A stretch of DNA of 64,000 nucleotides. It comes from Selaginella moellendorffii (taxonomy: Eukaryota; Plantae; Lycopodiophyta). Below the pieces are notes generated by a model, which had not been told where the DNA came from, did no database searches, and saw only the letters and a list, made by a program, of their open reading frames with translations. The stretch lies in contig NW_003314325.1 in NCBI RefSeq assembly GCF_000143415.4, positions 150,567-214,566 on the forward strand, in the 5' to 3' direction. A program made the translations under genes and the position numbers. This document shows, piece by piece, positions 35,101 through 46,871 of this stretch (positions are counted from its first letter, which is position 1; every line of letters begins with the position of its first letter).

Positions 35101-36088
35101 CAAAGAAGCTTCGCAATGCTCCAACGTTGTCGATGAAACTTGTTCAGCACCACAGAGTGGAGGTGTCTTCTCCTTTGCTAGCTTTGCACTCAAAGCTTTG
35201 AATCTCCCTTGCAACAGCCCAATATCTCGCCTCACAGCATCAAACGCAGCATCCATAAATATGTCCACCTGGCACAGAGAAAGTGTTACCTTGAGATGCA
35301 ATTAAAAGTGTTGCTTGCCTTGGGATGAGCCAGTAAAACAGGAGCAACGTCTCGCCATTCTGGCGTGACAAATGCTGTCAGAAGGTACAGGCAGCAGGCT
35401 ACCAAAGCCGAGTGGAGTACTGCTAGAAAACTTCCCCAGCGACCATCCTGGATACAAAACAGGCCCTCAGAAAAGTAGGAAAAGCAAAAATGGGGCGCAC
35501 CGGCTCTACATCTGCCAGAACAATCAGCATGAAAATCACTAGGTCGATTATCTGTTCGCGTATCTTAACTTCTTGAAGCAGTATCTGCATAAAGAAATGA
35601 AACCTTGAGAAACTCAATCGGTCAGTCAAAGTCCAGTACCTGCTCAAGCTTAGGATAACGAGGAGCCAAATTACTTAACGAGTGTAAAAGCCGAACTCCT
35701 CGAAGAAGATAGCGAAATCGGGGCTGGGAGATGCTAGACGCTACACACGCGAGCAAGTGAAGTGGAAGAAAAGTAGCCAGCTTCTCGATGTCCACCTAGA
35801 TCCAGTAAAGCGTTAGAAAGAAAACCCAACACGCCTAAAAAATTTCCAAAAGCTTACACTGACGATCGCTCCCTTCGTTGTTGAGCTCACACGGAAGCTT
35901 AGGCAGTGAGTATCCTGAAGGATTTTCTTCATCTCATGGGGACTAAACTTGTGTAGCTCCTCAATGGCCATGTTGATATCAAGCACCTGTGCCACAAACA
36001 CCGCAAAGCCTCAGTCCATGAAACCACACCCAACACGATCGACACTCACAACACTATCCGCACGTCGGCTTCCATCCTCCTTCACCAT
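32191..36088 (-). CDS. NDX: Nodulin homeobox protein (multi-exon)
   Basis: LPLHLLA, RYLLRGVRLLHSL, LLAHPKVDIFMDAAF, LNAMRLADVLSDDSNFR and the atypical homeodomain RKRQRRIMSEQQI..ITTGQLKNWINNRKAKLA. First exon 36050-36088. Confidence 0.92.
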
Positions 36089-36528
36089 CTTACTAGCGGC
36101 CGATTTCCAGATCTTTTCCCTGCGGCTATCCTAGCAGCGCGTTGCAAGCGCCTACCCGCCGGCTCCGTCACTAGATCACACAGAATGTGCCCCAAGCACC
36201 CTCACCTTCACGGAAAAACGATGAATCCCTGCGCATCACACCGAAATATCGCTCGCGATTACCCGGCATTGCCGATGCCAAGAGCTGAATCTGGATTCGC
36301 GAGCATGGAGAGCGCAGCGTAGAAACCCCAATTCCTGCCGGCAGCTCCCACCGCCTTGCGCCTTCTTCCGTGGAGGACGAGAGAACAAAAAAAATGCCAA
36401 TATGACTATCAGTGAACCCTAGATAGACATATACCCGGTGGAGCATATTCGTCCCCACTTTAAAGAATATTCCCCATTGCAAAGGTTTAGGGCTTATGGC
36501 TATCGTGTGATTGGCAAGTGGAAGCGCC

Positions 36529-38118
36529 ATGGCTTCCCTGGTGAGCCCTAGCTCACTGTCAGTGAGATTGGGCGAGAACTATGGCAGGAGAGGCGGCAGA
36601 GCAGCCGCATTGTGCGTCTCGCAAGCTGGATTCTCGATCAACAGCAAAGATTGCTCGAGCTCGAGTTTTGAAGTGAGTGATTTCCCCCTCTTCTCTTCCG
36701 GATTTGCGTTGATCTAGGTCGGTTCAGGCTGAGCTCAAGAGCGTCCTCTCACAACGTGACATTCTCACGGCGAGAGGAATCAACATGCCTTCCTCGAGGC
36801 CGGATAATCGCTTGAAAATTTTCTCGGGAACAGCGAATCTGCCACTGGCCAAGGTAGAAGAAAAGCTTTCTTTTGTTCTCGTTGTCTCTATTGTTAAAAC
36901 TTTGGCTGTTTGTTCCTCCCTTTGTCTCTTTTGTTGCTATCAGGAAATCGCGTGCTACATGGGCCTAGAACTTGGAAAGATTTGCATCAAGCGCTTTGCT
37001 GACGGTGAAATCTACGTCCAGCTACAGGAAAGCGTGAGAGGCAGTGAAGTGTTCTTGGTCCAGCCGACTTGTCCACCCGCAAATGAGAACTTGATGGAGC
37101 TACTGGTCATGATAGACGCATGCCGGCGTGCATCCGCCAAGACCATCACAGCAGTAATTCCATACTTTGGATACGCCAGAGCTGACAGAAAGGTAGTCAC
37201 TGTGATCCAGCTTTTTCTTTCAATCTACACGTCGTGTGATGTTTTTCAGACTCAAGGACGTGAATCGATTGCAGCAAAGCTTGTTGCAAATCTTTTGACA
37301 GAAGCCGGTGCGAACCGTGTTCTTGCATGCGACTTACACTCGGGGCAGGCGTTGGGTTACTTTGACATTCCCGTGGATCATGTTTATGGTCAGGTAACTT
37401 TGGTTTCTCTCCTCTAAGCGAGCTTATGTTTCGAGCTACAGCCCGTTATACTGGACTACCTCGCAAGCAAGATGATATCAGCTGACGATTTCGTAGTAGT
37501 CTCCCCGGACGTGGGTGGTGTTGCTCGCGCTCGGGCCTTCGCCAAGAAACTCTCGGATGCACCGCTCGCGATCGTGGACAAACGACGTCAAAGTCACAAT
37601 GTTTCTGAGGTGCGATTTGTTTCCTTCTTTGGTTTCTCTCAAAGATTTCTTTTTCTTTTTCTTTTCAGGTGATGAATCTTATCGGTGATGTCAATGGCAA
37701 AATCGCAGTCGTGGTAGATGATATGATTGACACTGCTGGTGAATTGAATCTTTCATCTTTGCTTTGTTCTTCCGGAAGTGATTTGCGTGGTTTTTCCTTT
37801 TCTCAGGGACGATAGCAAATGGAGCTGCGCTTCTTCGTCAAGAAGGAGCCAGAGCTGTCTACGCTTGCTGCACACACGGTGTTTTCAGGTTCAAACATTT
37901 TTCTCTCAGTGCGATTTTGGTATTCACTTTGCTGTTCTTGCAGTCCTCCTGCGATCGAGCGCCTATCAGGTGGTCTCTTCGAAGAAGTGATCATCACAAA
38001 CACGATTCCAGTGAAAGAGAGCTTCAAGGAGCTTACAATTCTCTCGGTGGCGAACCTCCTCGGTGAAACCATCTGGCGGGTGTATGGGGATAGCTCTGTG
38101 AGTAGCATTTTTGGGTAG
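36529..38118 (+). CDS. PRS: Ribose-phosphate pyrophosphokinase (class I PRPP synthase, plastid-targeted)
   Basis: [41 protein letters not shown] and [10 protein letters not shown] motifs. Ser-rich transit peptide. Confidence 0.96.
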
Positions 38119-38373
38119 CTTAGTGGATCCAAAATTCTTTTCATTCGAGTTTCTTCTTTTTCCTCCATGAAAATGCTTTTGATCTTCTCTCCATTTCTAT
38201 TCTCCAGCAAGATTAAATCTTTGTTCTTGATCGCGTGCTAGACTGGATTTGAATCGCACTTGGGACTTGGTATCGACTGATCAATCGAAACAATGCCAAT
38301 GTAATTCTTTGTTATGTAATGTTATAAACTCGTTTTTGAATCTTCTTTCCCTCGATTTAGGGTTTTTCGAGCT

Positions 38374-40346
38374 ATGGCGCTTGCTCTTGCCAATCCCTGC
38401 CAATGGCGCCTCACATTCGTCCCAAATGCGCAAAGTCCTGCACGGCGCCCTTCTTTTCTCGCTGCGGCTGCTGGTCCGCTGCCTGTTCTGGGAATCGAGA
38501 CGAGCTGCGACGACACTGGAGCCGCTGTTGTAAGTGGATTTTCTTGCAGTGAGATTGCATTTTCTCAAGGTTCGTATCAGGTCACTAGCGATGGAAAGAT
38601 TTTGGGAGAGGCACTGAGATCGCAGGTACTTTTTTTCTCTCTTCTTTGTTTTTATTCTGTTTTGTTTTGTTTCTTTGGATTCAAGGCAGAGTTGCTTCGA
38701 CAGTATGGTGGGGTGATGCCTCTAGCAGCACGTCTAAACCACGAGCAAGCAATCGACGAAGTAAGCTATTCTCCTTTCCATGGACGCTTTGAGAGTTGTT
38801 TTATGTTCTTTAGGTGGTGGCACAAGCTCTAGAGAATGCAAAAGTGAAGGAGTCAGATCTGGCAGCAGTAGCTGTGACAATTGGTCCTGGCTTGAGTTTG
38901 TGCTTGGATGGTAACGTTCTTTGTGATCTTTCCTGGGCTTACACTGAGTACATTGTTTTTCTACAGTCGGTGTAAGGAAGGCTCGCTCTATTTCTCGCTG
39001 CTGGAGGTTACCATTTGTGGGAGTACATCACATGGAAGCTCACGCTTTAGTTGCAAGGTTTCATTTCTCTTTTCTCTAGTTTCTTGATCCTGTGCTTCTT
39101 GTGGCTTGTTTGATCCAGACTCACGAATGCTGATATTCAGTTTCCCTTCCTTGTTCTTCTGGTTTCAGGTTTGTGCTTAAGTTTCTTTCTATCGCATACA
39201 AGCACGCAATTGGCAGGTGGTCACAACCTTCTTCTCATTGCAAAAGATGTGGGCGATTATGTTGAACTAGGAACTACTTTAGATGATGCCGTTGGAGAGG
39301 TTTGTTGTTGAGCTCCTGTTCAATTATTTCCCCATGAAAACTGCAGGCTTATGACAAAACAGCGAGGCTCCTTGGTCTTGACATTTGTAAAGGAGGTGGT
39401 CCTGCTCTTGAAGAACTTGCTCTAGAAGGAGATGCAGACGCGTTCAAGTTTACTGTAAGCAACATGCCTGGATCCCTTTATTTGACTATGTAAACTTGTT
39501 CTGACAGGTACCAATGAGGTCCCATAAAGATTGCAACTTTTCGTATGCGGGACTGAAGACTCAAGTGAAGCTCACAATTGAATCTTTAAACATGTAAGGC
39601 TTCACTACCAGTGTCTTGGCTTATGAAAGTTTTTCTTGACGTGGCAGCAATGGTGCAGTACCTTTAGCTTCTGCAAGCTCAAGCGATCGACAATCACGAG
39701 CCAATGTGGCCGCTTCCTTTCAGGTTTGTTACATAATTTTTGATTATCGGCTGAAGTTTGTAATGCAGGTGGTGGCTGTGCGTCACCTTGAAGATAGATG
39801 CCGCCGGGCACTGGAGTGGGCCAGAGAAATGGAACCATGCATGAAGCGCATGGTAAGCCTTCGCTTGGCCAAAGCATTGGATTAATTCGTGATGGCTCAG
39901 GTTGTCGCTGGTGGCGTAGCTTCGAACAAGTACCTTAGAAGTCGACTTGGCGCTGTAGCAAAAGAGCATCAACTGGATTTGTTCTTTCCTCCACCACGTC
40001 TCTGCACAGACAATGGTTTGTTGAAATTGCAATTCATCGCTGCTTCACCGGGCCTTTCGAATTCAGGAGTGATGGTTGCATGGACTGGAGTCGAGTACAT
40101 TCGTCTGGGGCTTTATGATCCACCACCTCCCGTCGATGAACCTGAAGACTATTGGGTACCTCATTTTACCTTTTTGTATGCACTCGAGCCAGTGGCTTTT
40201 TTCAGGTGGATTTAAGGCCTAGATGGAAGCTGGGTGAAATTTGTCGAGAAACATCCTCGGGAAGGCCAGTTAAGAAGAACACGGAAGATTTTCCTTCGCT
40301 AACTTCACAGATCTCACAGAAAAAGTCTGCTTTGAATGCATCATAA
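38374..40346 (+). CDS. GCP1: tRNA N6-adenosine threonylcarbamoyltransferase (TsaD/Qri7/OSGEPL1, organellar)
   Basis: [53 protein letters not shown] and DLRPRW motifs across many short-intron exons. Confidence 0.95.
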
Positions 40347-40366
40347 CAGTAAGAGGGTTTGAACTC

Positions 40367-42511
40367 ATGCTGAGCGTGGCTACCTCCGCGAATCCTTTCA
40401 GCCCACATCTCCAGGCAAGGCAGGTGAGAGCAATGGCGCTGAGTTCGAAAATAAAGGAAGAAGAGAACTTGGAACGAGCCCAAGTTTCTGTGAGCAAGGA
40501 TGTCGCTGCAACGCTGGTTTCCAAGGCGCTCACCTGGGCCTCTCTGAATGGCCTCGTCATTGGTGATAGATCGATCGAGGTAAAGGGCTTTTCGGTCGAA
40601 ACCTTCTTTCTTTTCATACTTTTCTGTTGCGCAGGGCTCTGTAAATCCAGGTGTTGGAATTGTTCATGCACCGGTTGCGCTTCTTCCTTCTCCCTTTCCC
40701 GAGGCTCTCTTCCAGCAAGCTCTCAACCTTGGATCGCATTTTAACACGCTCGTTGATCGTGTGAGCTCCGACAGTGATTTTCTTGAGCAAACACTCGCAA
40801 AGTCTGTATTTGTTTTGGACTCCGTTTCTTTCTGCTCACTTTTTCTCAGGACACGTACTGCTGATCCTTTCACGGACAAACTGCTCGACATTCACTCGAA
40901 AATTCGAGCTGAAGGCATTGTGCAAGTAAGATTCAGACTTTCCTCATTCTGATTCTACTCCTGACTTGATCTATGCATTTTAGAACATACAACTTGGAAT
41001 GCATCGGTCGGACTATATGCGAGATATGGTCACAGGCAAGCTGTTACAGGTTGAGATAAACACCATCTCTTCTTCTTTCGCTGGCCTTGGTTCACTTGTA
41101 AGCCAGCTGCACAGGTATTCACTCCTGTTTCATAGCTGTAGATAACTTATGATTGTTTCCTCAGGGACGTCATTAAAAGAGTCGAGCATCTTGACCCCGG
41201 AAAAGTTCCCGAGAACAACGCAGCTGTTGCATTTGGTGATGTCTTGGGACTTGCTTGGAAGGAATTTGGGAACACGAGGTGAGTGGATGCATGCTTTAAA
41301 AACTACTGACACATTCTACTCCCAGCGCAGCTGTGCTCGTTGTTGTACAACCAAACGAGCGGAATATGTATGATCAGTTCTGGCTGGAAAAATATCTTCA
41401 CGAGCTGTATCCTTTTTCTCTGTTTGTTGATGTTTTTGTTCCTTGACTTTAAGTCAGTCACGGTGCCAATGTGATTCGTCGAACGCTAAGTGAACTTTAT
41501 TCTCAAGCGCATCTATCTTCCAATGGAACGCTTTCTGTGTGAGTGCAATCTTTTTTGGATTTTACCAGTTACAGTTATGTTTTTTGCTTTTCTTTTGCGT
41601 TTGGTTTTCGCAGTGATGGGCATCCTGTCGCGGTCATCTACTACAGATCAGGCTACGCACCCACTGATTATCCTTCCGAGCGGGTATGTGAGCCATTCGA
41701 GGCTATTTCTTTATTTTCTTGTTGTTTCGGTACAAGGAATGGCACGCGAGATTGCTGCTGGAGCGTTCCTCGGCCATAAAATGTCCATCGATCTCATACC
41801 ACTTAGCTGGAACCAAAAAAGTGCAACAAGAGCTTGCCAAGCCGAATGTACTAGAAAGGTACTGCCGTCCTTTGTTTTCAGCTAGTTTGACAGTTCATCC
41901 ATTCTTCAAGGTTTGTTCAAGACAAAAACGCCGCGAAGATCATTCGTGAGTGCTTTGCGGGGCTGTGGGGCCTCGACAGCGAAGAGTGTCACGACATCAT
42001 CAACAAAGCCATCCAGCAGCCCGAGCTATTTGTTCTAAAGCCTCAACGCGAAGGCGGTGGTGAGTTTTCGTTTCCAAGTTTCTCCAGCTTGCAAGCGTCG
42101 AGCTCATCGTTTTCGCCTTTCACAGGAAACAACATCTATGGCAGCGCTGTGAAAGCGAAGCTCGAAGAGCTACTGAGAGACGGAGGAGCCGGGCTTTCGG
42201 CTTATATCCTCATGCAGCGCATCTTCCCACCGACGTACACGTCCTATCTCCTGCGAGGAGGCGAATGGAGCGCCGAGCAAGCAGTCTCGGAGCTGGGAAT
42301 CTTTAGCGCATACTTGAGGTGAGTATCTCGAGCCATTTCACTTCTTTTCATTTCACTTCTTTTCTTTTTCTCTCAATCCCTTTGCAGGAATGGCGAAAGA
42401 GAAATCACCAACAAGGATTGTGGCTACTTGCTGAGAACAAAAGCCTCGAAAGTAGACGAGGGAGGCGTAGCCACTGGCTTCGCTGTTCTTGATAGCGTGT
42501 ATCTCTTGTAG
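40367..42511 (+). CDS. GSH2: Glutathione synthetase (eukaryotic type)
   Basis: [68 protein letters not shown] and [13 protein letters not shown] motifs. Second in-frame ATG at 40433. Confidence 0.97.
41407..41457 (+). other. U12-type (minor spliceosome) GT-AG intron in GSH2
   Basis: Donor GTATCCTTT, branch site TTCCTTGAC (41439-41447) and AG at 41456-41457. Removing it restores the frame ([13 protein letters not shown]). Confidence 0.88.
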
Positions 42512-42745
42512 GAACTCGCTCTCTCTCTTGGAATCATGTTAATTTGGCTTAAATTACACATTGTTTTGAAATTTGATCTGGAAGACTTACTTTTGCCATG
42601 TCCATATAGTATAAGATTAAAAGGCATTTCCAGAACTTCCTGATTAATGTAATTCTAAGGCTATTTTTATTCTCATTTCTAAACACCGTTATATATAAGC
42701 CTAAACCTTAAACCCTAATACAGATACCTGTTTTAGGGTTTTGTG

Positions 42746-43758
42746 ATGCAAGGGGGAATCTGGTATCCTGGTTCTGGGCGGCAAATCCATGTCGACAATC
42801 TTGTGTCTTGCGCCAGGATCGACAAGCAGCAGCCATGTAACTTGGTAAGTGTTGTTGCGCCAAATCATGCAATGAAAATTTCTGCTAGAGCTTTATCACG
42901 TCTCTGGACGTCGAGGGGAAAACTTTAATTTTTGTTGTTCTGGATGGCTGCGGATCACATAACAAGCGTGAGTTTCTATCTCACGTTTTCTCGTCCCTTT
43001 GATCGTTCCCTTTTTCTTTTAACAGGGGCCACGAGTCTTACACATGAAAGGGTGTATACGTTCCAAGATTTGTGCTCGGAAGCATTCGAAAGTCACAGAG
43101 ATCTCTCGCATGCTATTGAGTATCTTATGTCGAGGTAATGGTGTGGTTTCTTTTTCCCTGACTCTCAACCAAAGCCAGGGTAACGACTGCCATAGAAGGA
43201 AGAGTTCAAGACCTCCGCGAGGATGAGAAGGATATGGAGGAAATAAGGGCCCAATGGACATACGACGACAGCGACGACGTACAAGACGAACCATTGGAAA
43301 GCATGGACACGCTCAAGGTGAGAGAGCTAGTTTCTTGGCTAAAACCGCTGGTAACACGCATGCCAGGCTCAAGATTGGACACCATCCTTTCACTCGACAG
43401 TGGTAGTTATCTCGGGGAGAGACATAGCGGTGGGCGGCCCTGGAGCGTTTGCGACTGCCTTGGTCGATTGTAGCACAGGAGATGTGACGGTAAGTAGAGT
43501 TGAAAACTTTGCCTCTCGGTGATCAAATTCCACTGCCAGTGGCTTGCTCCCGGAAGTATGACTGCGCGCATAAAACCGAATGACGTTCTAGTACTTGGAC
43601 CTCGTGATCTGCCACTCGACAAAGTCACACCAACAATTGCCAGGCGTGGGGTGGGTCTAACTTTGAGAATGACAGTGCTTGTGGAGGCTGACCTTGTCTG
43701 TTTTCCAGGAAAGCATAGAGATAGCAGAGCTGTTGTCATCCATGATAGCAGAAAATGA
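42746..43758 (+). CDS. Six-exon ~255-aa protein, highly divergent PP2C/PPM-like
   Basis: Exons 42746-42844, 42889-42967, 43026-43134, 43179-43317, 43367-43489 and 43540-43758 join through GT-AG introns into a stop-free 768-nt CDS. Telo-boxes upstream. The family call rests on motif order only. Confidence 0.75.
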
Positions 43759-45914
43759 ATCAACTGTCCTTTGTGTGAAGGTTCTTGTATAATATTAAAA
43801 CCTTCTCGGATGAATAGTTTGCAAATTTATTTAAAGGTGAATATTTGATAGTAATCTTATGGTAAATTATATATTAAATTATATTTTTAATACAAAATAC
43901 TTGTTACTGAAGTTTCACTTTTGTATTAAATTTTTAAAAACATTTTAAAGTTGTCATCTATAATAATTATATTTTTTTATGATTTCAAATACAAATTACA
44001 AACCTTCATTTATCACTTTGTCTTTACATTTTGGAACATGGTTGATTTCTATCCCATTCAATACTTATAAATCATCTTTAAAATAAATTTTTTTATTTAT
44101 CCCAAATTTGGAAGTTCAAAAATGTAAACCTAAGTAACTTAATGAAAACATTTACATATTATAATTATACATTACAATTGAATATAATAAATTTTTTGTT
44201 ATATATTAGTTTATTTAGTCTTTCTCCACAATTATTATATGTATAATAAGCTATAGTAGATGATTTAACTTTATATGCAAGTAAATGTATTAATAATTTA
44301 TTTTATAAAATCATAAAATATCATGAAGTATCTCCATTAAGTCATTATATATTCTAAATATATTTTAATAAATGTAATAAAATAAAATATGTATTAACTA
44401 TATATACTATAAAGTTTGATATAGCTATAAAAATAGGTATATAATTTATAATTTTAAAATTTATAAGGTTTGCGATTAATTATATATTTTTATCTTTAAA
44501 AAAACCTTTGGTTGTAATTTTTATAATTATCTTCACTAAATGAAAAATTATTATTATTGAGTCTCAAAGTTTTAAATCATCTAACATGTAGCTTTTATGA
44601 CAATATTCATTAAAAGAGCAGTAAATTGAGGCCATAAGATAGTATATGCTAAAGGGATTAGTAAGCAAAAAATTAAACTTGTTAATTTAGCAATGGTAGT
44701 TTGGTTAGGCTATACAAAAATAAATTATTACCTCACCTACTTTAATCAACAATTAATGGTAGGAAAAATTTCATGGGTACTAAATTAAAATATTTAATAA
44801 TATAAAATTAATTTTTTTAATAGCAACACTAATCCACCTATTTATTTAAAAGCTTTAGATGGATAAAAGATACAAAACTTATGAAATATGTAAAGATGAA
44901 AAAAAATGTGATATAGTATTTAAATATCAAGTACAATTGTTGATAACCATAGTGATATTTAGGTTTATTAATAAAAATTTAAATTTAAATAAAAAATATA
45001 AACTAGTGATTCAACCATTTAGCAATTATGTTTTAAAAAAGTATTTTATACACAAGCTATTATTTCTTATAATGGTTTTTTATTTAATTCTTTATTTGCT
45101 AAATTTAAATGTTGGTGATAATATTTTCTCATACAAGATTTAGAAGAAAAAAAAACAAGGTATAAGAAATACAATTGAAAATAGTCATATTTTTATATTG
45201 AAATATGTAATTTTCTTTTATCAGAATTTTGGTTTGCAATTAATGATACTTAAAAATTAATAAAAGTTTATTATTATTAAAAATTTAAGTATATTAAATT
45301 TGTATAAAGAATTTTTCTATTATTACAAATATAGTTTTTACCTCATTTAATTTATTTCATAAGATTTTGGATTACCCTTGAAGTAAAAGTATAAGTCATA
45401 TTCCAACCTATTAAATTTTAATTTTACCGCCCAGAATTTGCATATAATACTAAAACTCTACTATCAGTAGAAGCCTGGGGCATTTGTAAAATATTTCTAC
45501 TGAGATGTTTTACTCTCTAAATGAAATTGGCACCACATACAAGTCACAGCTAGCATGCCAGATTAGATTGGTAGAAGAAGACAAACAAATGGCACTGTGT
45601 AATGGCCTCTTTTCCTACTTCACTATTTTGTTCTTGTGTCTCAGTTGAGAAAAACAGTTTGTACTTCAATATTAAATCAAGAGAATATCAAGTGGTGTGG
45701 AGCTCCTTTCGAATCCCGAAGCAATTTTAAGAATTGGCAAGACCATTTGAAGCGCAATTCTTTGCTTCAAGAGTGATAAAACCTGTCCATGTTTACAAGG
45801 CAAGAATCGACCCAGCATTGCTTAGCATTTTCTAGTAATGATATAATTTCTCGTCTTCGCTTGGTGATCCAATACAGCACCTCGTTAAGATTTCGATTAA
45901 ATCAGCGCACAGAT

Positions 45915-46035
45915 ACACGTGGCGCAAACCGACAGCTTAACGGGATAAGAGCGTGTAGTACAGTTGTAACCCAATTAGGGTTTAAGGATGGGCGTGTAGG
46001 CAGCAGGGCGAGCGACGCGTCTTGGCTTATAAAAA
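45915..46035 (+). promoter_or_regulatory. ABRE/G-box, CE3-like element and TATA box
   Basis: ACACGTGGC (45915-45923), ACGCGT (46015-46020) and TATAAAAA (46028-46035), 100 bp upstream of ATG 46135. Confidence 0.6.
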
Positions 46036-46134
46036 AACTCCCTGGTAACAAAATCCTCATTTTTTCCTTGGCGCTCTCTCATCGATCCGTCTTCTCTCTC
46101 GCGCAGATCGGGTGTTTTTAGGGCTGCTCTGGGG

Positions 46135-46500
46135 ATGGGCGGACAGGCAGCGCCAGTGATCATCGAATCGCGAAAGGATCAAAGCCACCCAAAGGAGGCC
46201 GCGGCGGAGGAAGCGGCGAAGAGGAGGAGCGGCGGTGGCAGCGCTGGCGGCGGCATTAGCGAGGCGACGCGAGACGCTGCCCGGGCGCGACTCTTGGTGC
46301 TGTCGGAGGCGGGCGACGACGCCGAGCTTCTGGAGAAGGTGAGCGAGGCAAACACTCCCACTGCTTCTACTCCTAGATCTCCTGCTTCCACTCCAGCTGA
46401 GGTCCAAAATGGTGATGTCAAGGATGCTTGCTGCAGATCAAAGCTGATGGCTATCGCCGACACTTTGCCTCCTGATCCTCTCGCCTCTACTACTCACTGA
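46135..46500 (+). CDS. Small hydrophilic uncharacterised protein (121 aa)
   Basis: GC-rich intronless ORF with a clear upstream TATA box. Internal duplicated motif RARLLVLS / RSKLMAIA. Confidence 0.75.
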   Translation: MGGQAAPVIIESRKDQSHPKEAAAEEAAKRRSGGGSAGGGISEATRDAARARLLVLSEAGDDAELLEKVSEANTPTASTPRSPASTPAEVQNGDVKDACCRSKLMAIADTLPPDPLASTTH

Positions 46501-46871
46501 AAAGAGTGAGTGAGAAAGAGAAAAGAAAGAGCTCGCGACTCACCGGGAGAGAGAGCTCCTTCCCTCTCGCTCTCTCTCTCTCGCTTTCTCTTCTCTCGGT
46601 CAGCTACACCGGTATGTTTTTCCAGATCACTGTTGCTAGTATTACTACTACCTCGCTTCTTTCGTCATGATAGTCATCGCGATGCTTTCTCTGTGTAAGA
46701 ACGCACGTTATAATATTCACCCTTCTTTGTCTCGACGAAAAAGTCGTACCTTTGCAGCGAAAGTTTCTCAAGTTTTCTTGTCTCAAATGAAATCACAATC
46801 GCGGATGGATGGAACGGTCATGTCTGTGATGACTCCTCGCGAGCGCCCACCATAGCTGCATTGACTAGTAG

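Noticed and set aside
42789-42844. Alternative start ATG 42789 for the PP2C-like gene
   Set aside because: Splicing to the CTAG acceptor at 42888 would create an immediate TGA. ATG 42746 gives a clean phase-0 junction.
44859-45143. 94-aa ORF in AT-rich DNA
   Set aside because: Composition (K/I/N/L/F/Y) simply mirrors the AT content. No domain or gene structure.
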